Virus record (IMG/VR): IMGVR_UViG_3300021142_000012
Location: 1 to 64,000 of that record
Strand: one strand, 5' to 3'
Source of the DNA: a virus
DNA length: 64,000 nt
The position numbers and the translations under genes were made by a program. Numbering within the stretch: the first letter of the stretch is position 1; the number at the start of each line of letters is the position of its first letter. Shown here piece by piece: positions 53,527-63,132 of this stretch. The notes under the pieces are model-generated. The model saw nothing but the letters and a program-made list of their open reading frames with translations, was not told the DNA's origin and ran no database searches.

Positions 53527-54826
53527 AATCATTTATTTTAGAAAGTGCCACTGGATCAGTGGCATTTCTTTCACCGTATTCTCTGCCTTGAATAGCACCC
53601 ATATATGCATGAGCACCATATGGCACATCTTCATTTAATTGGCACCATGCATCTAATCGAGACAATGCTTCTTCGTTATTAATTACTGCCAATTTACAAC
53701 ACTCTCTAAATGCACTGCGCCACGTACTAAATGAACTTGTATTAAATGCAGTAATATTACTTACAGTATCAACTACTTTAAATTTATTACTAATATTCAT
53801 AGTCATATCCATCGTGCTTGTATTCATATCAATAGTAAGCTGTTTTGGAAATAACTTAACACCACCGTATCCGTATTCTAAATTGTTAATAGGATTTCGG
53901 CTGCGCCAAACATGTACCATATTTTGATCATAGTACGGAACTTGATAATTGAAATCAAAGTCTTCAACTAGTTCTGCATCTGCATCGACTACCCAAAACA
54001 TATTAGTAGTAGATAATTTAGCAGCTTCAATATGAGCATTATGTATTCCCACTACCCCGTTAATTCTGTGAATATTTCTGTGGGGTGATCTAGATTTTAA
54101 TTTTTCAAAGTTGCTATCAGCAAACTCTTCATAATATGAGATAAAAACAATATCAAATAGATTAGGATCGCTAGCTATAATATCTATTTCTTTTTTGTTT
54201 ATAAAAAATCGATTGTTTATTTCTCTACTAGTTATTTTATGTTTTTTTGGAACTAAGCATATACCGTCATAATATTCGCCATTGCGAAACACGTGTACTA
54301 CTGTTTGATCATAATACGGCACTTGATAATCAAAATTAAAAGAGCTAGATACTATTAAATCATTCCATACAACCCAAAACATATTAGTTTTAGAACTAGC
54401 TAGTGCTGTTTGATATTCTTCAAATGTACTAACATAAAAAATATTATAGGGCTTTGGTATACTTGCTAGTATATCTACTTCTTTTTTGTTGATAAAAAAT
54501 CTGTAGTCTAATTCTCTATTAGTTATTTTATTTAATTTTGGAACTAGGCATACTCCGTCGTAGTACTTGCCGTTTCGAAATACATGAATAAATTCCTGGT
54601 CCCATTCGGGAACTTTGTATTCAAAATTAAAACTGTCTAGTATTTCTAAATTATCCCACACCACCCAAAACATTTTTGTAAATGCTTTTTTAACTGCCTG
54701 ATCAAATGCTGTACGAATATTATCTGTAATTATGACACGTTTAATTAATGGAAATCTTTCTTGTAGCTTAGAAAAGGCAGCACGCGAGTGATCTGTATCA
54801 GAGCAAAGAAATATAATATCATACAC
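53480..54826 (-). CDS. GT-A-like glycosyltransferase with three internal repeats
   Basis: Three TxMFWVV repeats; the last has VDAD and YGYGGVKL. Confidence 0.65.
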   Translation of the reverse strand: MYDIIFLCSDTDHSRAAFSKLQERFPLIKRVIITDNIRTAFDQAVKKAFTKMFWVVWDNLEILDSFNFEYKVPEWDQEFIHVFRNGKYYDGVCLVPKLNKITNRELDYRFFINKKEVDILASIPKPYNIFYVSTFEEYQTALASSKTNMFWVVWNDLIVSSSFNFDYQVPYYDQTVVHVFRNGEYYDGICLVPKKHKITSREINNRFFINKKEIDIIASDPNLFDIVFISYYEEFADSNFEKLKSRSPHRNIHRINGVVGIHNAHIEAAKLSTTNMFWVVDADAELVEDFDFNYQVPYYDQNMVHVWRSRNPINNLEYGYGGVKLFPKQLTIDMNTSTMDMTMNISNKFKVVDTVSNITAFNTSSFSTWRSAFRECCKLAVINNEEALSRLDAWCQLNEDVPYGAHAYMGAIQGREYGERNATDPVALSKINDFTWLKDQWSLERSQQ

Positions 54827-55718
54827 GACGAATTATCCTCGGAGTATTTTGATATACTGTTTTAAAAAACTTACTACTATCTGGGTCGAGATCCGATATT
54901 TCTAACTTAGAGTTCTTGATAAGTTCTCGTCCATAAAATTTACATAAGTCGATTTGTGCGTCTACGTCTTTCTGTTTATGATTATCATTCCAGTAGGTTG
55001 TTAAATATTCAAAATCGCGAACATTAGCATAGTCCCAATCCGTGCAGTTAGTTAAGTATGCACCTTCACGTGCTCCTAACATACTATAAAACCCATTTTC
55101 TACATCAGTGCCAACTGAACACCATACTAGGAGTCTATGATAATTTTGCCACCAAATAGTTTTAAGATCTTTTACCTTGGCACCTTGATCTAATGACATT
55201 TTTACACCTTCACGGAACCCTGCCCTCCATGCTTGGAATGGAGTAGCATTAGTATAACTTTCACTATAATTTTCATTAAACTGATAGTATCGATCATCAA
55301 AACAAAACTCAACTAGACCCTTAGTGTCAGAGGGATCTGAATTTTCATGGGTTCGCATTTCATTTACAAACTTACGAGTCCAAAGTTTTAAACCACCATT
55401 GCCGTACATGAGTCCGTTAACATGAACACGGCCGCACCAACTAAAAACATTTTCACTGGTTAATCCCAGTGCATCTAAGTCTATATTAACTTCTAAAAAT
55501 TTAGGATCTACAATATTATCAGCATCTACAGTGACAAAGTATTCAGTTTCGCTAAGTGCGGCACAGGCTTTATGTGCGGCATCACTGCCTTTAACTCCGT
55601 GAACACGTTTAGCCCAGGGTGCTTTTGATAATAAATCTGCATAATTTTTCTCAGCATTTGGTTCATCATAACTTAGAAATATAATGTCTTGTTCTATAAT
55701 TTTAATTGGATCACTCAT
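54819..55718 (-). CDS. GT-A-like glycosyltransferase
   Basis: DIIFLSYDEP, VDAD, YGNGGLKL, AWRAGFRE. Confidence 0.65.
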   Translation of the reverse strand: MSDPIKIIEQDIIFLSYDEPNAEKNYADLLSKAPWAKRVHGVKGSDAAHKACAALSETEYFVTVDADNIVDPKFLEVNIDLDALGLTSENVFSWCGRVHVNGLMYGNGGLKLWTRKFVNEMRTHENSDPSDTKGLVEFCFDDRYYQFNENYSESYTNATPFQAWRAGFREGVKMSLDQGAKVKDLKTIWWQNYHRLLVWCSVGTDVENGFYSMLGAREGAYLTNCTDWDYANVRDFEYLTTYWNDNHKQKDVDAQIDLCKFYGRELIKNSKLEISDLDPDSSKFFKTVYQNTPRIIRRV

Positions 55719-56304
55719 TTACTATCCTTAATTTATAGCTTCTAAAAGCTATCTTTGAGCTAATTGAAATCTTAGTTATGTCTTGTTCTAATTTACTTTC
55801 AAATGGTACTTTTATTTTATCATTATTTACTAGCAGTTGCACATCTAATGGGATTGTTCTAATTAAAAAATCAAAGTCTGTTTCCAGTGTTACAAAAAAT
55901 ATCACAGTTGAAATAATCAAATTGTCATTAATAAATTTTTTATATACAGGATCCAAACTAATATACCATGCTTGATCTGGGCTATTCCATTCAACAGTGC
56001 AATCTGTTTTTGCTTTCTTTTCTGTGATCCACTCGAATAGATTATTTTTGAAAGCATACCCTTGATCTGTTTTCTGCACAATCGCAAACTCAGTCTTTCC
56101 ATCAGCCGTACGCTTATTACCAACTAGATAATCACCAAACTTATATTCACCTGAAATAAACGGATCGGCATCCTCACGTGTAATTTCAATATAATGTTGA
56201 AAGGTAGGATTCTTTGCATTTCCGACACAGAGAATTCCACCAGATTTTTTATCGTAGTGTAGATAAAATTTTATCGGTTCGACTTTATTTTTTCTTTTTG
56301 CCAT
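55711..56304 (-). CDS. Hypothetical protein
   Basis: Coupled ORF inside the glycosyltransferase operon. Confidence 0.65.
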   Translation of the reverse strand: MAKRKNKVEPIKFYLHYDKKSGGILCVGNAKNPTFQHYIEITREDADPFISGEYKFGDYLVGNKRTADGKTEFAIVQKTDQGYAFKNNLFEWITEKKAKTDCTVEWNSPDQAWYISLDPVYKKFINDNLIISTVIFFVTLETDFDFLIRTIPLDVQLLVNNDKIKVPFESKLEQDITKISISSKIAFRSYKLRIVNE

Positions 56305-57139
56305 CTAATGTATTCTCTAATCTTGTAACTATTTCTTTACTTAAAAAATCTTTCTCTACATAGTGAAATAATTTAGTCTGTTTAATATTGCCTACTATTA
56401 AATTACCCTTGGTATTTAAAACAAACGGTACAGTATCTTGCCAAGTCGCTGGCAATGGTTGCCAACCTTGTATAGCAGGTTTCATATGTATAAATTCTAA
56501 CGGGCTAGATTCGTCTATAATATGCTGATGCCCACCCATTATTTCTATTGCGACTGCCGAAGCTAAATCCATACTTAACCAATTTTGATAATCCACAGGA
56601 GCAAACTTAGTCCATGACCATTCCCAATTATTACAGACAAATTCTAATACTTTATAAAACTCTAATGCCAGTTGACTTTTCTTAAAATAATGTAATGCAA
56701 AATATGGATTAGTTAGATTATTTGAACGAAATGCTTTGCGATATACTGTATCATTTATTGTTTCTAATTTATAGTTTTTAATACGACTACAAAAGGATAA
56801 ATCATGATTGCTACAATATTCCCACCAGCCATTGATATCTTCTAGCAGTAACATATCTGTATCTAGAACAATAGTTTCATGATACGGACTAGCATGAAAT
56901 AATTTCCAACGATTCTCTACCTTCCATTTAGTATTAACTGCATCGTCACGGAATGGTATAGGAATAATTTGATCAAATAATTTTTGGTACTTTTTAGGCA
57001 CAGGATCGTTAGTAACTAGGCTAATATCAGTAACCGTTGACTGACTTATTTTTATACTAAGGGCTAATGCATAGGCCTGTTTAATATAATCAATACCTTC
57101 TGAGTTTTGTGCAAGAACTAGAAATCCTTTAGACACCAT
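56285..57139 (-). CDS. GT-A (GT8-like) nucleotide-sugar transferase
   Basis: YIKQAYALALSIK, SPYHETIVLDTDM, FIHMK. Confidence 0.7.
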   Translation of the reverse strand: MVSKGFLVLAQNSEGIDYIKQAYALALSIKISQSTVTDISLVTNDPVPKKYQKLFDQIIPIPFRDDAVNTKWKVENRWKLFHASPYHETIVLDTDMLLLEDINGWWEYCSNHDLSFCSRIKNYKLETINDTVYRKAFRSNNLTNPYFALHYFKKSQLALEFYKVLEFVCNNWEWSWTKFAPVDYQNWLSMDLASAVAIEIMGGHQHIIDESSPLEFIHMKPAIQGWQPLPATWQDTVPFVLNTKGNLIVGNIKQTKLFHYVEKDFLSKEIVTRLENTLDGKKKK

Positions 57140-57974
57140 AACCTCCATCTATATAACGTATAATGCTAGATTTGTTCATAACATGCACATCAGTATCTTC
57201 AATTTTTGCTGCTATATATTCGCCTAGATGTTTTTCTTTTTCAACTAGAAATTGCATCTTTTGATCATTAATATCTAATAGTATATCTTTATCAATTGTG
57301 TAAAACATTTGTCCAGGTAAATCAGTAACGAACTCCCCGTTGGTTTTTCCATTCATTAAATGTATAGCAATACTAAATGCTATATCATTCCTATACATTG
57401 CATTTTCTATGCTGTATAAAACTCTAAAATAAAACCAGTTTGATTTAATATAACTAATCAAATCAAAGAAAGATTTAATAATAGGATTCTTATCAAAAAC
57501 AAAAACGGTAGCCCAATAAAATGGAATCGAATAACAATTTATCCTTTCAAATGCACTAGTGTCTCTCCATCCTGCTAAATCAAAACTTTTTCGATAGATT
57601 TGAAAATCGCTATCAGTATCTAATGCTAGTTTTAATATATTAGAATTAATAATATAGTCACTATCTAATACTAAGGTACGATCGTACGGTGTCAAATCAT
57701 AAACACTATTGCGAGATAAATTTTTCCATTCTACCAGTTTAGCTGATAATGTTCCATCATAAAACTTTTTGCTTGTTGGCTTTTCCGCAGGAATTTCAAT
57801 TACTTGATCAAAGGGATGATCAGGGTACGTGTCGTTAAGATATTTTACATTATCTGTTATAAGACTAACAGGGATGTTTAAAAATTTAGTCGCACGATTG
57901 GCTGCAAATATTGCAATTTTAACATAGTCAATAATTGAATTATTTTGAGCAAAAATTACTGCACCAACAGTCAT
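57129..57974 (-). CDS. GT-A-like nucleotide-sugar transferase
   Basis: TPYDRTLVLDSDY, RND, HVMNK. Confidence 0.65.
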   Translation of the reverse strand: MTVGAVIFAQNNSIIDYVKIAIFAANRATKFLNIPVSLITDNVKYLNDTYPDHPFDQVIEIPAEKPTSKKFYDGTLSAKLVEWKNLSRNSVYDLTPYDRTLVLDSDYIINSNILKLALDTDSDFQIYRKSFDLAGWRDTSAFERINCYSIPFYWATVFVFDKNPIIKSFFDLISYIKSNWFYFRVLYSIENAMYRNDIAFSIAIHLMNGKTNGEFVTDLPGQMFYTIDKDILLDINDQKMQFLVEKEKHLGEYIAAKIEDTDVHVMNKSSIIRYIDGGYGV

Positions 57975-58321
57975 AGCTCAACAATATCCTTAACTTTACG
58001 CTTGCTCTTTATTACTGTAAATTTAGCTGAATAATCATTTAACGCTTCAAAATATACAGCAGTTATACTATCAAAAAATTCTTGAACATTGTCAATAACA
58101 ACAGGAAAATTATTATCATCAACAAAAGGCAAATCATCAGTGTGACCTAAATCTAACGCTGTTTTAGTAAAGTTAATAAGACTAGGAGTTACTTTAAATG
58201 TTCCACCATTTTTGTAGTAGATACATTTTTGGTTAAACTCTTCTAAGATAATTCTTCTTTGATTTGATAGTGTAGCCATATAGCTAGCAACTTCAAATGC
58301 TTTTTCAATTCTTTCGTCCAT
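57971..58321 (-). CDS. Hypothetical protein
   Basis: GGAG RBS; first gene of the operon. Confidence 0.7.
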   Translation of the reverse strand: MDERIEKAFEVASYMATLSNQRRIILEEFNQKCIYYKNGGTFKVTPSLINFTKTALDLGHTDDLPFVDDNNFPVVIDNVQEFFDSITAVYFEALNDYSAKFTVIKSKRKVKDIVEL

Positions 58322-58341
58322 AGATAACTCCGTAATGTATC

Positions 58342-58370
58342 ATTGTACACTACAGTAATTAGCTTGTCAA
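58342..58370 (-). promoter_or_regulatory. Sigma70 promoter of the glycosyltransferase operon
   Basis: Minus-strand TTGACA-17 nt-TACAAT. Confidence 0.75.
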
Positions 58371-58393
58371 CCTATTAGAAGAAACTAAATTGA

Positions 58394-60592
58394 TTATAAA
58401 TGGGCTGGATTCCAGGTACCAACTATTACTACAATTCCTGATCCACCAACTGATGAACTTACAGTTGCACCAGATCCGCCGCCACCGCCACCAGTATTGG
58501 CAGTACCATCGGCACCTAGACTAGTATTTGAACTAGATCCTGCGCCACCGCCATATCCACCGCTAGCACCACCTGAGTATGCTCCGCCACCGCCACCGAC
58601 GTTAAACACAGATCCGTTAAAATTATAACTTACACCTGTACCACCTGTACCACCGCTACCTTGGCCTCCAGCACCACCACCGCCGCCACCAGATCCAGTA
58701 GCTCCTGCAAAACCTTGACCACTTGTACCAGCACCTCCAGCAGTACCGGCACCACCGCCACCAGAACCACCACTCAATGCGCCACCGTCTGCACCGCCTC
58801 CACGTCCACCACCATAGGCAGTATAGCCAAAAGCTGAACTATTTCCGCCTGTGCTTGCACTTGCGCCACCATTACCAACTGTTATGGTATAGATTGTTCC
58901 CGGTGTAGCAGGAACACCAGTTTGATGTAATACGCCACCGGCGCCACCGCCGCCGCCACCACTTCCACCATTGCGACCACCACCACCACCACCTCCTACT
59001 ACTAGTATTTCAAGATTGCCAACTAGGCTAGCAGGTGCTGTCCATGCTTGTGTAGAAGCCGAAGTAAATGTCTGTACCTGTGTCGATACATTAGAAGTGA
59101 TAATATAAGAAATAGCGACTATTGCAGAGTTACCAGTTTGATCAGTCATACTTAGACTAAAATTAAAAGTACCGTAGGTCGTTGGCGTTCCGGTAATAGT
59201 TAATGTATTGATTCCCGATACAGTTGTTGGTAAGGTTATTCCCGGTGGCATTGTACCGCTAGATAATGCAAATGTATAGGGTGCTTGACCACCAGAGGGG
59301 GTAAAGGTTTGGCTACTTGATACGTAACGAACTGCATTTACCGATGTAGGAGATAATCCAGTAATAGTACTTACTGTGGTTATAAACTGAGAAGTTGTTG
59401 ATGTTGCCGGAGGTAGTGCGTGCGATACATACGAACCTGTTGAATAATAGGCTTGCACATTACTAGTAACTATTCCGTCAACTACTTCGTCAATATTATA
59501 AGGAGAATTTTCACCTATTGAATTGTCTTCAAATAATACTGTAAAATATAAATTTGGGGCGATATAATACGCTTGGATTTTATAATCATTAGCCGTGTAG
59601 GCTGCATCTGCAGAAGTACTCTTTGAAAATATTGTTTGAGCACTAGTTGTTAGCTGCTGAAAACCAATGTTAGATGTTGTACCAGATCCTGTACAGGTTG
59701 TGCTATTATAGTTAAAATATATAGTACCCATTCCAGTAAATATTGTATTCCACGATATATCTTTACGATTGCTACTAGCACTAAATCCACCACCAGGTGC
59801 GGCTAATGTGGCGCTAAATTCTATCCTAGCACCTGCATTAAAAAATCCTCTGGCAGTGTTATCATCTGCAAATGGGATCGTAACCGTATGTTGAATAGTA
59901 CTGTTCCATCCTCCTCCATTTTGCAAAGCACCAAAGCTAAATGAACTATGACTGGCCATGTTAGTAGGCGGAACTGCTAGTCTGTTCGTTATGCAATCGT
60001 TGGCCATCGATAGGTATGCAGCTCGATCGGCATCTGTAATTTTATATCCTAGTGTTGTACTAGTTGTAGTATTATACGGCTCTGTTACTGTACTTCCTAA
60101 GTCAGTACCTGTTTGGTGCCAACGGCAACGTAACAAGTCTGATCTAAGATTGTGCCACTGTAGTGCTGATATTTTTGCATTAGCAGACACTTGACTACTA
60201 CTAACTGACTGATTATAACCAAAAGTTTTATCGGCAACGCTTGTTATAGGATTAGTGCCGCCCACTCCTAATACGGCTGCTACATATTGTTGTATTGTAT
60301 TGTAATCGTTATTAACACTTGAAGATGGTACATTTCCTACTCCTGGGCCAAGTGTTGGGCCGGCGTCAGTAAATGTTATTGTTGCACCAGATGCAACAGT
60401 TCCAGCATTTACTACTGTTAGAGTTACTGTATTACCTACAATTGATTGTACTTTAGCACCAGATCCAATATTTGTACCGGCAACAGACATCCCAGGAAGA
60501 ATTGGCTGTCCCAATACCTGGTTTACATTGATTGTATTACTACCGCTAGTTGATGTTTGTGTTGTAGTAGTTGTTACTATACGTGCCGTCAT
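58394..60592 (-). CDS. Tail fibre/virion protein with an Ig-like domain and a glycine-rich C-terminal domain
   Basis: GGQAPYTF..SSGTMPPGI Ig motif; LVVGGGGGGG...GGSGIVVI Gly-rich domain. Confidence 0.75.
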   Translation of the reverse strand: MTARIVTTTTTQTSTSGSNTINVNQVLGQPILPGMSVAGTNIGSGAKVQSIVGNTVTLTVVNAGTVASGATITFTDAGPTLGPGVGNVPSSSVNNDYNTIQQYVAAVLGVGGTNPITSVADKTFGYNQSVSSSQVSANAKISALQWHNLRSDLLRCRWHQTGTDLGSTVTEPYNTTTSTTLGYKITDADRAAYLSMANDCITNRLAVPPTNMASHSSFSFGALQNGGGWNSTIQHTVTIPFADDNTARGFFNAGARIEFSATLAAPGGGFSASSNRKDISWNTIFTGMGTIYFNYNSTTCTGSGTTSNIGFQQLTTSAQTIFSKSTSADAAYTANDYKIQAYYIAPNLYFTVLFEDNSIGENSPYNIDEVVDGIVTSNVQAYYSTGSYVSHALPPATSTTSQFITTVSTITGLSPTSVNAVRYVSSSQTFTPSGGQAPYTFALSSGTMPPGITLPTTVSGINTLTITGTPTTYGTFNFSLSMTDQTGNSAIVAISYIITSNVSTQVQTFTSASTQAWTAPASLVGNLEILVVGGGGGGGRNGGSGGGGGGAGGVLHQTGVPATPGTIYTITVGNGGASASTGGNSSAFGYTAYGGGRGGGADGGALSGGSGGGGAGTAGGAGTSGQGFAGATGSGGGGGGAGGQGSGGTGGTGVSYNFNGSVFNVGGGGGAYSGGASGGYGGGAGSSSNTSLGADGTANTGGGGGGSGATVSSSVGGSGIVVIVGTWNPAHL

Positions 60593-60640
60593 GCGTTATC
60601 CTATACTGTCTAATTGTAGTTATCCCTGTAAAAGGATAAG

Positions 60641-61540
60641 TTAGCCTAAAGCGGTTGAGGATGCTGGTGGCAAAGGAACACTTACATAGGATCCCGAAGC
60701 GTAGTAGGCTTGTACGATACTTGTTGTTATACCATCAACATTGATATCAAAGCCATATGGTGGGGGATTACCGGTTGCATTATCTTGAAATTGGATATTT
60801 AATGTTAAGTTTCCTGTACCATCGTACTTGGCTTGTACTACATAATCGTTAGCTGAATAAACTCCAGCTGGGGCAGGTTTAACAAATATAATACTATAAA
60901 CATTATTCAGTTCATAAAACCCAATACTAGAAGTATTTCCAGTGCCAGTGCAGGTAGTACTATGAGCTTTTAGGTAAACAGTGCCCATGCCAGCAAACAT
61001 TGACTGCCATGTTATATCTTTATTATTACTAGCACCACTAAATGTTCCTGTTTGAGTTGCACTTAATTCAATCCTACTACCTGTATTAAAAAAGAATCTA
61101 GCAGCATCATGGCTTGGCCAATTTATAGTTACTGTGTGCTGTATAGTACCATTCCATGCAGCAGATCTAACTACATTGCCAAAACTAAAACTACTGCGAG
61201 AAGCCTGTAAAGTTGGAGCATCAACTAGTCTATTTGCAAGAGCATTATTACTTTGTAGCAAATATGCTGCTCTATCGCTTTCAGTAATAGTAGTACTATG
61301 AGTAGGAACTGTTAATGCACCACTGTTATCAACACCGGTCTGATGCCACAGAGCATTTAAAATATCTGTTCTTAAATTTTGCCATTGCTGAGCAGAAACT
61401 GGGTTTTTAGGTGCTACTTGACTGCTATTTACAGTTTGACCATAACCAGTATCGCCTGATCCACTGCCTAGTACTATTCCAATGTTAGATTGTATCTGGT
61501 TATAGTCTGCCGCTATTATTGCTGTGTATTGACCTGCCAT
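60641..61540 (-). CDS. Virion structural protein, paralogous to the central domain of 58394-60592
   Basis: Shared DYNxIQ, QWxNLRxD..WHQTG and ARxFFNxGxRIE motifs. Confidence 0.7.
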   Translation of the reverse strand: MAGQYTAIIAADYNQIQSNIGIVLGSGSGDTGYGQTVNSSQVAPKNPVSAQQWQNLRTDILNALWHQTGVDNSGALTVPTHSTTITESDRAAYLLQSNNALANRLVDAPTLQASRSSFSFGNVVRSAAWNGTIQHTVTINWPSHDAARFFFNTGSRIELSATQTGTFSGASNNKDITWQSMFAGMGTVYLKAHSTTCTGTGNTSSIGFYELNNVYSIIFVKPAPAGVYSANDYVVQAKYDGTGNLTLNIQFQDNATGNPPPYGFDINVDGITTSIVQAYYASGSYVSVPLPPASSTALG

Positions 61541-61549
61541 GATATACCT

Positions 61550-63091
61550 TTAAAGAATAACTGCTTCAATTACTTTTACATTCTGATCGGGATTGTCTTC
61601 TAATGCTATGGCCATTATTCCAAAAGGCGGAATAGTTTGATTTGTACCCCAATTAACTGTTACTGCGCAACCGTCTGGGCCTGCAACCAACTGGTCGCCT
61701 TTACAAACTGCTCCTAATACTTTAACTGGTACTCGTCCTTTAAGTGCAACATAAACACCGCCTACTAGTTCGCTATTCATCATAAACGCAGGATTAGTTG
61801 ATATTGCACCTAATGCATAATCACCAAACTGACAAGCTGTAATTTCTTTATCGCCGCCTACTGTAACTACAGTACCAACTTCGTATTCTGCATCTGGTAG
61901 ATATTTCTCTGCTAAGTCAGCATAGTTAGCTGCTGTAGCTGTTCCTGAGAAGAAATTAGCTAATAATGAACCTGCTGTAACTGTTACACCATTAATAACT
62001 TGATCACTTGCTGTTCTCATTGCAACTGTGTCTGCAACTGCTGTAGCACTTGGATATTTTCCAACACCACCAAGTATTAATGTCTGTGCGGATGTTGCTG
62101 TTCCAGAGAATGTGTTAGCATAAACTGTACGCCATTGATTTAAATTAGTACCGATATCATTTGTGTTGCTGGTACCTGGTTGTAATGTTGTTCCGATTAG
62201 GGCTAGTGGAGTAACTGTTGCACTATTTGATTGAGTTTGAAATACAATCTTATCATTGATAATATTTTCAACTGTAGGATACAGTGTTGCATCTCCTGTC
62301 CAGGATGCAGTATTGAATACGTGCAATCTTGCAGGATTTCCTACAGTATATCCAATATCGGCAAACTGTACTAGTGTACTAAATGTTGCATTTGAAGATA
62401 ATGTAAAGTTACTAATATCATAACCGGCTAAGCGATCACTGTTAGATGCTGTTCCCCAGAATCTATGATTACTTGTAGTTTGACCTAATTGACTATTATT
62501 ATTTGTGTAGGCCAATGTAATACCCTGATGAATGTCTGTAAATCCTGTAATAGGATTAACTGAACCATCTAGTGTGAATGTTGCATCTGGGCTAATAATA
62601 TAAACTACTTGATTATTAGCTAGTGCTTCGATGACTGCATGACTATTGCCTAATACATCACGAACGCTGACAGATTGCATCTGTGTTGTTCCAGACCCTG
62701 CAACACCCTGTGGGCCAATTAGAACATAGCTACTTCCGTTCCAAGTATATAGTTGATTATTAACACTGTCGTACCAAAAATCACCGGCAGTTAATCCTGT
62801 AGGTGCTGTAGAAGAAGTTGTCGAGCCGCCGGTTGTGCGCCAGTTACTATTTTGATCATAGAACTTTAGCTTGTTGTTTGATGTATCATACCATAATTGT
62901 CCGGGTAATGGCTTACCTGGAGCATTATTATTGGCAAAATTTTCTAACAGATAGACAAAATTTTCATTTTGGATCGCACCGTAGCCGGCATAGTTTTTAC
63001 CTACAAGTTTTAAATCAAGTGTTTGATCAACAGTTCCGTCGGCTACAACTGTAATTTGTGTTCCGTTATATCTATTAATGGTATATGGCAT
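61550..63091 (-). CDS. Tail fibre/baseplate-associated protein with a C-terminal intramolecular-chaperone-like domain
   Basis: LVGKNYAGYG..NENFVYLLENFA N-terminus; ADLAEKY...ALKGRVPVKV C-terminus. Confidence 0.7.
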   Translation of the reverse strand: MPYTINRYNGTQITVVADGTVDQTLDLKLVGKNYAGYGAIQNENFVYLLENFANNNAPGKPLPGQLWYDTSNNKLKFYDQNSNWRTTGGSTTSSTAPTGLTAGDFWYDSVNNQLYTWNGSSYVLIGPQGVAGSGTTQMQSVSVRDVLGNSHAVIEALANNQVVYIISPDATFTLDGSVNPITGFTDIHQGITLAYTNNNSQLGQTTSNHRFWGTASNSDRLAGYDISNFTLSSNATFSTLVQFADIGYTVGNPARLHVFNTASWTGDATLYPTVENIINDKIVFQTQSNSATVTPLALIGTTLQPGTSNTNDIGTNLNQWRTVYANTFSGTATSAQTLILGGVGKYPSATAVADTVAMRTASDQVINGVTVTAGSLLANFFSGTATAANYADLAEKYLPDAEYEVGTVVTVGGDKEITACQFGDYALGAISTNPAFMMNSELVGGVYVALKGRVPVKVLGAVCKGDQLVAGPDGCAVTVNWGTNQTIPPFGIMAIALEDNPDQNVKVIEAVIL

Positions 63092-63132
63092 TTGCTAAGT
63101 CCTCAGTGCTTGTATTTATGCTATTTTAGCTG

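Noticed and set aside
58440-59000. GC-rich ccaccg tract as a foreign insert
   Set aside because: Explained by glycine codons in the Gly-rich fibre domain.
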